A stretch of DNA of 64,000 nt from an uncultured Spirochaetota bacterium (GTDB taxonomy: Bacteria > Spirochaetota > Brevinematia > Brevinematales > JAOACQ01), in NCBI GenBank assembly GCA_963783575.1, contig CAWAOD010000005.1, positions 352,001 to 416,000 on the forward strand. The letters are read 5' to 3'. Below are positions 28,807-39,128 of this stretch, one piece after another. The notes beneath the pieces are model-generated. The model made no database searches, was not told the origin of the DNA, and saw nothing but the letters and a program-made list of their open reading frames with translations. Position 1 is the stretch's first letter. Every line of letters begins with the position of its first letter. Position numbers and translations under genes: made by a program.

Positions 28807-30159
28807 TCAGTTTGATATAATATTTATGATATCAAGAATATTTTCTTTGAGCCACTGGCGGTTCATCCATCCGCTGGGATTTACAAATCGCCCCTGCAGG
28901 ATAACACCAAAATGAAGATGATCTCCCAGTGCATAACCGGTATGGCCTGTTCTGGCTATGACCTGTCCGGCTGAAACAATATCGTCTTTTTTTACCATAA
29001 GAATCGAGCAATGAGCGTATAGTGTGTATAATCCCATTCCATGACGTATAAGTATCATATTCCCGCTTGATCCGTTATATCCAGCAAATATAACCGTTCC
29101 GGGATTTGATGAGAATATATCTGCATTTTTTGAGCTTGCAAGGTCCATACCCAGATGATAAGAATCCCTGACGTTTTTTTTGTTTAATTTGAATATTCGG
29201 TGTTCTCCGTATGGTGAAGTAACAACTGCGTTCAATAATGGTTTGAACGGTTTAAAAGAGATAAAATCTATCCGGTTTGTCATTGGTATGGATGTAATGT
29301 CTCCTACATTTATTGCTATTTTTTTCTGGAATTCCTTCATAATCATTTCATACTGCTTCAATCTGTTCTTTGGAGCATTTTTTATGCCCAATGCTTCTTC
29401 GTTGATTTTATCGCCGGTAAAACTGCTGTCGATTTTTAGATAAGATACTTTATAATCAATTATTTTTGATTCTATCGGGATTTGATTGGAGCTTACATTC
29501 CCGGCTTTATCCAGAGCAATGATGTTTATACCGAATTCTTTTTGATAAACAGGCCAGGCAAAAAGCGAAGCATAATTATCGGTATTTCCCATCTTTAAAG
29601 GAAAAAAACGGTTTCCTTCATAATCGGTCAGCCATACTGACTTTAAATTATCATCCCTTACTTTGAATATAACAACGGCGCTTCCGCCAAGTTTTATTTG
29701 AGACGAGGTTTTTATTATCTCGATTTCCGGCGGTTTTGCATCAATTATAACCGGAAGTGAATATGAACGTCCGGATATTGATAATATGAAAAATAAATCA
29801 GGCGGAAAAAAAGGCGGAGATTCAAGCGTATTAAAAGAAATGAGGATGTTTGTTTTATAGGTTTCAATCGATGTAATACTCATCCTGATTTTATAATAAC
29901 GGCATTCAAGGCCTGCTTCCATTCCATTAGTCTGTGTTGAACCGTCCAAAATAATTTTCAAAGAATAATTTGTATTCCAGTAAATCACAGTATCATTGAT
30001 AAGATTTGTAATTTTTTCCTGTTGGTTGGTAAATGAGCTATTTTCAAAACCGAAATTAGAAATAAAAGTAATTGAAGAAGAGGTAATATCATTGTTACCC
30101 GCAAAAACAGATAATATTCCTGTAAATATTAAAAATAACATTGTAAAACAACTCCTCAT
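28807..30159 (-). CDS. M23-family peptidoglycan peptidase
   Basis: YHLGMDLA, YTLYAHCS, GDHLHFGV; signal peptide. Confidence 0.9.
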   Translation of the reverse strand: MRSCFTMLFLIFTGILSVFAGNNDITSSSITFISNFGFENSSFTNQQEKITNLINDTVIYWNTNYSLKIILDGSTQTNGMEAGLECRYYKIRMSITSIETYKTNILISFNTLESPPFFPPDLFFILSISGRSYSLPVIIDAKPPEIEIIKTSSQIKLGGSAVVIFKVRDDNLKSVWLTDYEGNRFFPLKMGNTDNYASLFAWPVYQKEFGINIIALDKAGNVSSNQIPIESKIIDYKVSYLKIDSSFTGDKINEEALGIKNAPKNRLKQYEMIMKEFQKKIAINVGDITSIPMTNRIDFISFKPFKPLLNAVVTSPYGEHRIFKLNKKNVRDSYHLGMDLASSKNADIFSSNPGTVIFAGYNGSSGNMILIRHGMGLYTLYAHCSILMVKKDDIVSAGQVIARTGHTGYALGDHLHFGVILQGRFVNPSGWMNRQWLKENILDIINIISN

Positions 30160-30237
30160 TTCATAACTCCGAAACCATAAATTCTTAACAGTTATTTTAA
30201 GTCAGTTCTGTTTTTTTTACAATTAAACCGATCGGGT

Positions 30238-30445
30238 GGTCAACCAGTCAACCAGTCGATTAGTCGAAGTCGGGAAGTCAGTTTGTCGGTTAGTCGAAAG
30301 TTTGTAAGTCAATTAGCCGCTTTTTGTTAGTTAAATTAGTTTATTATTGATAATCCCAGCTTATTAATTAACAGACAAACCGACTTCCAGACAAGCCTAC
30401 GAACTAACTAATAGACTAAATGACTTTCGACTAACAGACTAGTCA
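30238..30445. repeat. Degenerate AGTC/GACT inverted array, site 2
   Basis: About 8-nt periodic TAGTC-like units, then GACTA-like units; TTAGTCGAAAG (30290-30300) pairs with CTTTCGACTAA (30424-30434). Confidence 0.75.
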
Positions 30446-30517
30446 TTGATTTTACTTTTTAAAACGATATTGTTATAATTTTATGTTGTTTTCAATTGCA
30501 ATTAAGGAGAAAATATC

Positions 30518-31723
30518 ATGGGAAAAACGATTTTTAATACTATTGAGGAGGCTATTGTTGAGATAAAAAAAGGTGAGATGGTTATTGTTGTGGATGATGA
30601 AGACAGGGAAAATGAGGGAGATCTCATAATGTCGGCAAAATTGGCTACTCCTGAAAAGATAAATTTTATTTTGAAAGAAGCCAGAGGGCTTCTCTGCGCG
30701 CCGATGTCGGCCGATGTAACCGAAAAACTGGATCTTTCCATAATGGTGGATGACGCTGATGAGAAATGGGGAACTGCCTTTACAGTTTCCGTTGACGCGA
30801 AAGAAACCTCAACCGGTATTTCGGCTCAGGAAAGGGCTTTAACGCTGCATGAACTTGCCAGGGCAGATGCAAAAAAGGAAGATTTTGTTCGTCCCGGGCA
30901 TATATTCCCTTTAAAAGCAAGGAAGGGCGGGGTTTTAAAAAGAACAGGACATACCGAGGCAGCTGTGGACTTAATGCAGTTGTCCGGGCTTGAACCGGTC
31001 GGCGTGATTTGTGAAATCCTTAATGAAGACGGTAGTATGGCAAGACTTCCTCAGCTCCTTGAATTTGCTGAAAAATTCAGATTTAAAATAATCAGTGTGG
31101 CTCAGATTATAGAATATAGAAGAAACAAAGAAAATCATATATGGCGGGAAGCCGAAGCGCATCTACCGACAAAGTTCGGTGATTTCAAAATCATAGTTTA
31201 CCGTACTGATATAGATGATAAAGATCATGTTGCGCTGGTCAAAGGTGATATTTCTAAATGCGGCAGGGCACTTGTTAGAGTTCACTCCGAATGTTTTACT
31301 GGAGATGTTCTTGGTTCTCTTCGATGCGATTGCGGAGATCAGCTTCATCAGGCAATGAAAATGATAGAAAAAGATGGATGCGGTGTTCTTCTATATATGC
31401 GCCAGGAAGGCAGAGGAATAGGGCTGGTAAATAAAATCAAGGCTTATGCGCTTCAGGAAAATAACGGCCTTGATACTGTCGAAGCCAATATACATCTGGG
31501 GTTTAAAGCCGATCTTCGTGACTATGGAATAGGGGCACAGATATTAAAAGACCTTGGTTTAACAAAGATCAGGCTAATAACAAATAATCCGACTAAGGTT
31601 GTCGGTTTAAGGGGATATGGAATAGAAATTGTGGAAAGGGTTCCTATAATCACCAGGACCAATGAATTGAATTTTAAATATATGATGACAAAAAAGAATA
31701 AGATGGGACATATTCTGGATTGA
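30518..31723 (+). CDS. ribBA: Bifunctional DHBP synthase / GTP cyclohydrolase II
   Basis: [52 protein letters not shown]. Confidence 0.96.
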   Translation: MGKTIFNTIEEAIVEIKKGEMVIVVDDEDRENEGDLIMSAKLATPEKINFILKEARGLLCAPMSADVTEKLDLSIMVDDADEKWGTAFTVSVDAKETSTGISAQERALTLHELARADAKKEDFVRPGHIFPLKARKGGVLKRTGHTEAAVDLMQLSGLEPVGVICEILNEDGSMARLPQLLEFAEKFRFKIISVAQIIEYRRNKENHIWREAEAHLPTKFGDFKIIVYRTDIDDKDHVALVKGDISKCGRALVRVHSECFTGDVLGSLRCDCGDQLHQAMKMIEKDGCGVLLYMRQEGRGIGLVNKIKAYALQENNGLDTVEANIHLGFKADLRDYGIGAQILKDLGLTKIRLITNNPTKVVGLRGYGIEIVERVPIITRTNELNFKYMMTKKNKMGHILD

Positions 31724-31756
31724 CATCAATTGGCATCAATTGACATCAATTGACAT
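31719..31756. repeat. 10-bp tandem repeat (about 3.8 copies) spanning two convergent stop codons
   Basis: AT-TGACATCAAT-TGGCATCAAT-TGACATCAAT-TGACAT. Confidence 0.85.
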
Positions 31757-32474
31757 GGGTAATCAGATCGTGAGAATCTTCAGTTATTCTTTTATAAATA
31801 TAATTTGCTATGACTTTCATATTCTGCGCTTCTATATTATCGAATTTGAACCCGGCAGCGTCATCCCTTTTTGCTATCAAAGTGGATAAAGTTCTTATTT
31901 TTGTACCGTAAAGAGATATTAAAAGAGGATCATAAACCATTTTCGGAATTAACAGGCTTGCTTCAAGAGAATCATGGAACTTAATGGCTACTCCCCCGGC
32001 GCTTATATCCAGAACAAGTCCACTTATGAATTTTTTCAGGTTTTTAATATAAACTGCGGCGGTAATCCTTTCATGTATTTTTGGTTTAATCCTGATCTGC
32101 GATCGTCTTTCATGAGTTTTAATATTCTGGTTAATTATATTTTTTACTATTTCATCGGCCATAATTGCAGGATTCTCAGAATAATGAACAAGCGATTTAA
32201 TTCCTATGTTCATCAACTCTTTCAGATCATTGGGTTTAACGTTCTGACTGATAATTAAGAATATATTAATATCCGGCCGGATAGTTTTAACCTGATTCAT
32301 AAAATCGCTCTGGAAATTATCCGTTATTAATAGCGGTATTGAAGCGTCTTCTTTCAACAATACAAGGGCTTCATCGCGGGAATTTGTTTCAAGTCCTTCA
32401 ATCCCCATAGGTATGAGCTCGACTCCCATATCGAAAGATATATACTGGGAAAAGGTATAAATAATAGTCTTCAC
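31746..32474 (-). CDS. PilZ-domain protein with degenerate receiver-like N-terminus
   Basis: ERRSQIR (RxxxR) and DISAGG (DxSxxG) c-di-GMP motifs. Confidence 0.75.
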   Translation of the reverse strand: MKTIIYTFSQYISFDMGVELIPMGIEGLETNSRDEALVLLKEDASIPLLITDNFQSDFMNQVKTIRPDINIFLIISQNVKPNDLKELMNIGIKSLVHYSENPAIMADEIVKNIINQNIKTHERRSQIRIKPKIHERITAAVYIKNLKKFISGLVLDISAGGVAIKFHDSLEASLLIPKMVYDPLLISLYGTKIRTLSTLIAKRDDAAGFKFDNIEAQNMKVIANYIYKRITEDSHDLITHVN

Positions 32475-32643
32475 ACTTGTGATCCTTAAAAAAATCGATC
32501 GATTTAGGTTTAATATTTTAGATTTATGGTCGATTAGAATATAGTATGAGATTCTGTAAAAATCAACTTTATTAACTTATTGTAATTACTTGATTATTTC
32601 ATTGATAGATGGTAAATTCAATATTTGTAAAGGAGTATTTTCG

Positions 32644-33672
32644 ATGAAAAAAATTATTCTTACGGTTTTATTTTGTTTTACTTTTATAAATTTATTTGCC
32701 GCAGGAATTTCATTTCCTGAATTCGATGTTTACACGGAATTGCAGGATACAACAACAATGTTTACATCATACAGGATTGATATGCTGGTTGATACCGGGT
32801 TGAAGTATGGAGTTCAGGTTGGTCTGGGGTTTAAGGCTTATGAAATAACAACCCTGGATTCTAATTATGCTGAACTTTCAACAATAAAAATTATGTCGAA
32901 TCCCTTTGAGCATTTTTATTTCGGATATTTTCTCGGAAAAACCGCTACACTTGGAAATTCAGAGATCGGCTACAGCGGTTTTCAATTTCATCAGGAACCG
33001 CATCTGGAATATATCGGTTATAAAGATATTACCGGATCAGGTGTGGAAACCTATGCAAGCCTATTAGATGATCTTTTTGAACCTCACATTTATATATATC
33101 AGCCTTTTGATACAAATCTTGTTAATCTTGATTCTGTAATTTATTTTAATCTGGAAAATTATAGGATAGAAATTTATTTCGGAGTCAATACGATTGATTT
33201 CTACAGGGCTATTGTCAACAGTACCCTAGATAAGCGATTCGGACTATTTTTAAAAACTCAGTACGGAAAGGTGGATTTTACGATGGGGCTTTATTCACCG
33301 GATTCATATATAACAAATGTTCCTGCACCTGATGATTTTTATCTGAACGTTACGGAACATATTATTACAGGTTATTTTGAGCAGACACTTTCGTTTTTTA
33401 CACGGCCGTCTTTGTATAACGGCTATAAAGAAAATATCAGCAACGATTTTGATTTTTATCTATCCGCAGGCGCAAAAATTGAAGATCTTGGAATAGGGTT
33501 AGAAAATACATTTTTAATGGCAATAAATTATCCGATTTCCGACCGGGCTGGAATATATCTGTATTTTATAAATAACAGTCTTAAATATAAATTCGGTTTT
33601 TATTATGATTTAATGGGAACTGCATTCAGCTCCAAATACGGAGCCTTTGTGAGCCTGACAGGCAGCTTATGA
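32644..33672 (+). CDS. Secreted or outer-membrane hypothetical protein (beta-strand rich)
   Basis: AGGAG RBS, MKKIILTVLFCF signal peptide, alternating aromatic strands. Confidence 0.5.
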   Translation: MKKIILTVLFCFTFINLFAAGISFPEFDVYTELQDTTTMFTSYRIDMLVDTGLKYGVQVGLGFKAYEITTLDSNYAELSTIKIMSNPFEHFYFGYFLGKTATLGNSEIGYSGFQFHQEPHLEYIGYKDITGSGVETYASLLDDLFEPHIYIYQPFDTNLVNLDSVIYFNLENYRIEIYFGVNTIDFYRAIVNSTLDKRFGLFLKTQYGKVDFTMGLYSPDSYITNVPAPDDFYLNVTEHIITGYFEQTLSFFTRPSLYNGYKENISNDFDFYLSAGAKIEDLGIGLENTFLMAINYPISDRAGIYLYFINNSLKYKFGFYYDLMGTAFSSKYGAFVSLTGSL

Positions 33673-33751
33673 ACGGAAATCACTTCGGAAAATTGACTAA
33701 ATTATGATTATATATTAAAATAAATAGCTCTGTTTACTCTGGAGGATTCTT

Positions 33752-33973
33752 ATGGCGATTCAGATAGATAAACTTCTCTCTTATCAGGGAAATAAATATG
33801 AGAAAACCACGGCTATGATTAAATATGCCCGCTTTCTCGCTCAGAAAAATGATGAAGACCTTGAAGTAGCTGTTACAAGGCATACAAAGGAAAAGATCAC
33901 ATCAGCGGCGATCAACGATATTCTTTCCGGAAAGATTACTTTTCAAATAGAGCCGCCCACCGAAGAAAAATAA
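33752..33973 (+). CDS. rpoZ: RNA polymerase omega subunit
   Basis: GNKYE..AM...AR and EKITSAAINDILSGKI pattern; next to miaA. Confidence 0.7.
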   Translation: MAIQIDKLLSYQGNKYEKTTAMIKYARFLAQKNDEDLEVAVTRHTKEKITSAAINDILSGKITFQIEPPTEEK

Positions 33974-33977
33974 TGGG

Positions 33978-34955
33978 ATGGAACACCCTTTATTATTATC
34001 TGCTTTTGAAGTTGTCACTAAAGAACAATTTGAATATTCTATTTCCAGTAAGGCTGCCATTGCTGTTGTCGGCCCAACCGGTGTTGGTAAAACTGAAATA
34101 GCAATCTATTTGGCAGGAGAAATAAATGGTGAAATTGTTTCTTGCGATTCCGTCCAGCTTTACCGTTTTCTTGATATTGGCTCTGCAAAACCTTCACCTG
34201 AAGAACAAAGTCTTGTTTCTCACCATATGATTGATGAGTTCGATCCCGATTACCGGATTGATGTGGGAGTATATAAAAGTCTTGCGGAAAGGGATATAAT
34301 CGATATTCACTCAAGAGATAAAATTCCTTTAATTACAGGCGGTACAGGACTATATTTCAATTCACTTTATTATGGTCTAATTTCGTCGCCATCGCGTTCT
34401 GCCGAACTCAGGATTGGCTTAGAAAAAAGGGCTTCAATTAAAGGCTTAGGTGAGATTTACAAAGAACTGCAGATAATTGATCCGGGGTCGGCGGGAAAAA
34501 TACTCCCGAATGATAAAAGACGTATAATTAGGGCGCTTGAAGTTTATTATTTAACGGGAGTCCCGATCTCAAAAATGAAGGAAACCAATAAAAAGCTCGG
34601 TTTAAACTGGTACATTATCGGCTTGAACAGGGAAAGAAAGGATCTTTATGAGCGTGTGGAAGCACGGATCGATAAAATGATTGAGGAAGGATTAATCGAA
34701 GAAACTCGCGGCATTATAAGTAAATTCGGCAGGGAAGCATTTGCTCTTGGAAGCATCGGTTATAGGCATGCCTTAAAATATCTGGACGGCGAATGGAATC
34801 TTGAGGTTTTTTTACGTCAATTAAAGCAGGATACCCGGCATTATGCTAAAAGACAGATTACCTGGTTTAAAAAAAATAAGGATATTCATTGGTACCACCC
34901 GGATCAAAAGAAAATTATCATTGAGGATGTAAAAAAATTTTTAGCAGGGAATTAG
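33978..34955 (+). CDS. miaA: tRNA dimethylallyltransferase
   Basis: GPTGVGKT, DSVQLY..LDIGSAKP, GGTGLY, RRIIRALEV, YAKRQITWF. Confidence 0.96.
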   Translation: MEHPLLLSAFEVVTKEQFEYSISSKAAIAVVGPTGVGKTEIAIYLAGEINGEIVSCDSVQLYRFLDIGSAKPSPEEQSLVSHHMIDEFDPDYRIDVGVYKSLAERDIIDIHSRDKIPLITGGTGLYFNSLYYGLISSPSRSAELRIGLEKRASIKGLGEIYKELQIIDPGSAGKILPNDKRRIIRALEVYYLTGVPISKMKETNKKLGLNWYIIGLNRERKDLYERVEARIDKMIEEGLIEETRGIISKFGREAFALGSIGYRHALKYLDGEWNLEVFLRQLKQDTRHYAKRQITWFKKNKDIHWYHPDQKKIIIEDVKKFLAGN

Positions 34956-34958
34956 CTG

Positions 34959-35969
34959 TTGAGGTTATTGATTATGTTCAATATTGTATTCTATCTTTCA
35001 AATCCGGTTGATTTTTATCCGGTCTATGATTATCCTATACCAATCGAATTATTTGATTTTGACGGTTTTTCCGTATTCGGTAATCTATACAGGCAGATAT
35101 TTGAAATATTTCCTCAGGCGGAATACTATTTAATAGGTGAAGGTCTGATAAAATCTCCCGACTTTTATCCTGGTATCAATAAATTTAATTTTCCATCCGG
35201 AAACCCGCTTGCCAGGCTTATTTTATTTACCGCATTCAGTATTGCATACCGGTTAAATCCTTTTACTGTTTTTCTACCGTCAAATATTATACTCGATGAT
35301 CCTGAAATACTTACAACTCTTATTAAAAATATTTCCGAAAACCCTGTATCATTATCGGCAATAACATTAATATCAGGCTCAGGCAGGGAATTTCCATTTT
35401 ATATTGAAGCATCGGAAATTATCAGCCGGTCGGATGAATTAACTCTTAACGGAATTAAAAAATTTATTACGCTTGAGGAAATAAAAAAAATAAAAGAAAC
35501 CGGTTCCAATGATGTAATTGTGGAAAAGTATTTCGGCCGGACTGGTATATTGACTTTTAATTCAATGAAATTCGGAGAGATAATTTCTTCTTACACTGAA
35601 GATTTAGGCGAATTGTTTTATCTTCTTGTACAGGCATGGATAGATGGTAAATCGGTTCAAACAAGTATAAGGGAAATTATAAAATCTCTCACTGATTATA
35701 ATTTATATGATATTTTCAGTAAAACTGATGATAAGTTTATGGCTTCGCCGGGAATTAAATTTAAGGAAATAGCATCCTGCGGAAAATTTCCGGAAGCCTT
35801 GCCACTGGATTCGCAGGGAAATTATATACTCGGCGGGGCTTTCTTTGATAGAGTATTCGATTCTATAATCATAAACAAAAGCAATAAACCTGTTATTTTA
35901 AAAAACTTAAATCAGGTATTGGTTTTATCCAGAGATGGAACAGTAAAAATCGAAGGTTTGATCAATTAA
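34959..35969 (+). CDS. Degenerate mannose-1-phosphate guanylyltransferase-like protein
   Basis: Collinear with ManC GT-A plus beta-helix (FYP..PIEL, FLPSNIILDD, GRTGIL, DSQGNYILG...LVLSRDG), but no GGxGxR motif. Confidence 0.5.
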   Translation: MRLLIMFNIVFYLSNPVDFYPVYDYPIPIELFDFDGFSVFGNLYRQIFEIFPQAEYYLIGEGLIKSPDFYPGINKFNFPSGNPLARLILFTAFSIAYRLNPFTVFLPSNIILDDPEILTTLIKNISENPVSLSAITLISGSGREFPFYIEASEIISRSDELTLNGIKKFITLEEIKKIKETGSNDVIVEKYFGRTGILTFNSMKFGEIISSYTEDLGELFYLLVQAWIDGKSVQTSIREIIKSLTDYNLYDIFSKTDDKFMASPGIKFKEIASCGKFPEALPLDSQGNYILGGAFFDRVFDSIIINKSNKPVILKNLNQVLVLSRDGTVKIEGLIN

Positions 35970-36009
35970 GAGTTTATTTAACTTTTATTTTAAAACTATT
36001 TAATAATTC

Positions 36010-36057
36010 TTGACAAAAGTAGTCAGTATTGAGTATAATATAGTCAGTACTGACTAT
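36010..36057 (+). promoter_or_regulatory. Promoter with palindromic PadR operator
   Basis: TTGACA-18-TATAAT; perfect palindrome ATAGTCAGTACTGACTAT at 36040-36057; imperfect second copy in the spacer. Confidence 0.75.
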
Positions 36058-36069
36058 TGGAGTATTTTT

Positions 36070-36609
36070 ATGAAGATACCGCTTTATTTATTGGGGCTTC
36101 TCAAAAGATTCGGGCCTCTGCATGGCTATCAACTGAAAAAAATTGTTGATGATAATCTTTCAGATTTTACGCAGATAAAACTTCCAAATATTTACTATCA
36201 CCTGGAAAAACTGGGAAAAGAGGGATTTTTATCCGCAGGATTGGAACAAAGGGATTCTGGGACCGAAAGGACGGTTTATTCATTGACAATTAAAGGGAAA
36301 AAGAAATTTAAAGATATGCTTAACAGTTTTCTGAATTTCGATTACCGGGCTTCTTTCGATTCGGATGCGGCATTCTTCTTTTCCGATTCTCTTCCGGTAG
36401 AATTATTGGAGAAAAATCTTGAAACTTACAGGGATAAAATGGCGAAAGCCCTGTTGATATTAAAAAAGCATAAGACAGAAAGTCTGAATTCCATACCTGA
36501 AAAATTCCGGGTATCCGCATCTGTTATCTTCAGCCATCATGAAAAACATTATAAGGCTGAACTGGATTGGGTTGAAGAATCGCTTAAAATATACAAAAAA
36601 GATATATAA
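36070..36609 (+). CDS. PadR-family regulator; start at ATG 36070
   Basis: GPLHGYQLK, IYYHLEKL, RTVYSLTIKG. Confidence 0.88.
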   Translation: MKIPLYLLGLLKRFGPLHGYQLKKIVDDNLSDFTQIKLPNIYYHLEKLGKEGFLSAGLEQRDSGTERTVYSLTIKGKKKFKDMLNSFLNFDYRASFDSDAAFFFSDSLPVELLEKNLETYRDKMAKALLILKKHKTESLNSIPEKFRVSASVIFSHHEKHYKAELDWVEESLKIYKKDI

Positions 36610-36622
36610 GGAGGATTTTCTT

Positions 36623-37087
36623 ATGGATGAGTTGAAAAAAAAAATCCTGGATGAGAGAAACTTTAAAGTAAATTATTTTAAAATAAGCGGTAATCTCTGG
36701 AGGGCTGAAGCAGAGGTAAAGGATGATCTGCATCAAATAAAGACCTGGCTTGAAATTAGCATCCTGGATTTTAAAATAAAAGACGCTGGTATTGAATTTA
36801 TTAAAATGCCTTTTGAGGAATGCAAATTAATTTGTGAGAAAGCAAAAAAGCTAATCGGGACAAAGGTAAAGGACCTTGGATTCAAAATTTTCCGCACTTT
36901 TCTTGGAATAAACGGATGCTCAAATGTCTATCTTTTATTTGGTCTTTCCGGCCCCGGATTCTACAATATATACCAACTGAATATGGTTAATGAAGGTATA
37001 ATCAGTCAAAACGATTACAATTTAATGATGAAGAAAGACTGTGTCGCACATAAAGAGATTAATATTAAGAAGAATAAAAATGTATAA
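36623..37087 (+). CDS. DUF2889-like protein; start at ATG 36623
   Basis: DDLH, PFEEC, GC.N, DC.AH cysteine pattern; AGGAGG RBS. Confidence 0.6.
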   Translation: MDELKKKILDERNFKVNYFKISGNLWRAEAEVKDDLHQIKTWLEISILDFKIKDAGIEFIKMPFEECKLICEKAKKLIGTKVKDLGFKIFRTFLGINGCSNVYLLFGLSGPGFYNIYQLNMVNEGIISQNDYNLMMKKDCVAHKEINIKKNKNV

Positions 37088-37099
37088 CCGGTCTGTTCG

Positions 37100-39094
37100 T
37101 TAAAGGCTTTTCATAATATAATCAAGGTAGCTGCTCATAGACAGAGCCCTTGATATCGACATCGCTGAAATATTGGCGAAAGAATCCAGGTACCTTGCCT
37201 GGTCTTTTGATAGTTGGGGATCATTATCCTTTTTTAATATTGCAAGCACGCCAATAACGGAATCATGGGTTTTCATGGGAAGGTAAAACCACTGCGATGA
37301 TGAAAGCGTATCAGTACCCCTTCCGGCAGTCTTCCCGTTTTTATAGACCCACTGGGCTATACCGGATTCATTGCCGCTGAAAGATTCTGTTTTTTCTGTG
37401 CTTCCCATAATCTTTACGATATCTTCCTTATTGGGAAGGAGAATTACCACCTCACATTTGAAGAATTCGGAAATATTTTTGTTGATTGTCCTTAGTATGT
37501 CGCTAAGCTGGTTATAAGTTAGAAGTTCTTTGCTGAAGTTATAGATGGTGAAAAGGAATTTTTCCTGGTCGCGGTAGATATCTATCCTCCACCTGAGACG
37601 GTCGGATAGAATGCTTGTCGATATGCCGACAATGAAAAACACGACAAAGATCGGTAGGTACCGGATATTATTTACAGAAAGCTTAAAATATGGTTCGACA
37701 AAAAAGTAGTCCAGTGAAGCTACCGAAAGAAGCGAAGCCCAGATGCCCTGTTCCCTGCCCAAATATGTACTGACGATTATAACTGGTATTAGCATCAGCA
37801 TTACGACATTTGTAAAACCGAGTTCCTTAAAAAATATAAAGCTAATCCCGGTAAATATCAAAACTATAATTAAAGTAATAATATACCTTACAAAATCGAT
37901 CTTTTTTTTAGCCGCCGGTTTTTTCTGACGTAATTTCTGCTCATCCGAGGAATCTACAAGCATTACCTGTATGGGTTTCGCTTTGCGGATAAGATCGTTA
38001 ACGACTGACCCCCTCATTATATTGTTAAACCTGGATCTCGAAGAAAAACCGATAAGAATTAATGTGATATTGTTTTCAACTGCGAACCTTGCTATTTCAT
38101 CTGCAATTGTATTTCCTATCAAGGTTATTGTTTTTGCTCCAAGATCTTCGGCAAGCTTGAGATTTTTTTCCGCCTGTGCCCTAGCATCTTCACTTACATT
38201 ACCGAACTGGATCGACTCGATATAAACCGTGTACCATTCGGCATTCAGGTCTTCGGCCATCCTGTGCCCTATACGAATAAGCTTCTGCGACGATGGACTG
38301 GAACTTATGGCGATTAGGAGTCTGGAACTTACTGAGACCTGGCTTTGCATAGAGTTTTCACGCATATAATTCAAAAATTCATCGCCGACCTGCCTTGCGG
38401 TATATCTGAGGGAAAGTTCTCTTAATCCCATCAGATTGCTCTTTTTAAAAAACTCAAGCATTGCGGTCCTGGCTTTTTCCGGTATGTAGACCTTGCCGTC
38501 CTTAAGCCTTCTTTCAAGTTCCTCGATCGGAATATCGACAAGTTCTATTTCATCGGCATTATCAAAAGAACTGTCCGGTACGATTTCTTTTACTTTGATT
38601 CCCGTCATCTGTTCGACAATATCGTTTATACTTTCCAGATGCTGAACATTTAATGTAGTAACAACACTGATACCGTCATTTATCAACTCTTCAATATCCT
38701 GCCAGCGTTTGGTGTTCCTCGAACCGGGAATGTTGGTATGCGCCATTTCATCGACAAGGACAAGCGCGGGCTTTCTTTTCATAACTGCGTCAATATCCAT
38801 TTCATCGATTGTTATGCCCTGGTATTCGATTTTTCTGCGCGGGATGATTTCCAGGTCCGCAAGTAATGCTTCGGTCTCGGCCCTTTTATGCGTTTCAACA
38901 ATGCCTATGACCACATCTACGCCGCTAGATTTGAGCTGTCTGGCATTCTGGAGCATCCGGTAAGTTTTACCGACGCCTGCCGAATACCCCAGGTATATTT
39001 TTAAAATACCGCTCCCGTCGCTTTCATCGGCTTCCTGCTGCTGCATTCTCTTCAATATCGTTTCGGGGTCAAGCCGCCTGTGTTCCTGTGCCAT
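37100..39094 (-). CDS. kdpD: KdpD sensor lacking the C-terminal HisKA/HATPase transmitter
   Basis: GYSAGVGKTY, LVDEMAHTN, NVQHLES, USP domain, 4 TM helices, GAF; stop follows the GAF. Confidence 0.85.
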   Translation of the reverse strand: MAQEHRRLDPETILKRMQQQEADESDGSGILKIYLGYSAGVGKTYRMLQNARQLKSSGVDVVIGIVETHKRAETEALLADLEIIPRRKIEYQGITIDEMDIDAVMKRKPALVLVDEMAHTNIPGSRNTKRWQDIEELINDGISVVTTLNVQHLESINDIVEQMTGIKVKEIVPDSSFDNADEIELVDIPIEELERRLKDGKVYIPEKARTAMLEFFKKSNLMGLRELSLRYTARQVGDEFLNYMRENSMQSQVSVSSRLLIAISSSPSSQKLIRIGHRMAEDLNAEWYTVYIESIQFGNVSEDARAQAEKNLKLAEDLGAKTITLIGNTIADEIARFAVENNITLILIGFSSRSRFNNIMRGSVVNDLIRKAKPIQVMLVDSSDEQKLRQKKPAAKKKIDFVRYIITLIIVLIFTGISFIFFKELGFTNVVMLMLIPVIIVSTYLGREQGIWASLLSVASLDYFFVEPYFKLSVNNIRYLPIFVVFFIVGISTSILSDRLRWRIDIYRDQEKFLFTIYNFSKELLTYNQLSDILRTINKNISEFFKCEVVILLPNKEDIVKIMGSTEKTESFSGNESGIAQWVYKNGKTAGRGTDTLSSSQWFYLPMKTHDSVIGVLAILKKDNDPQLSKDQARYLDSFANISAMSISRALSMSSYLDYIMKSL

Positions 39095-39128
39095 TTCTTA
39101 CCTCCGGAAAGCCCGTCAAAATAGCTTT

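Noticed and set aside
30160..30517. FMN riboswitch before ribBA
   Set aside because: No RFN consensus; the region holds the AGTC/GACT array.
36040..36057. PadR operator as the source of the AGTC/GACT arrays
   Set aside because: Only short TAGTCAGT-type words are shared, and the arrays lack the abutting palindrome; probably coincidence.
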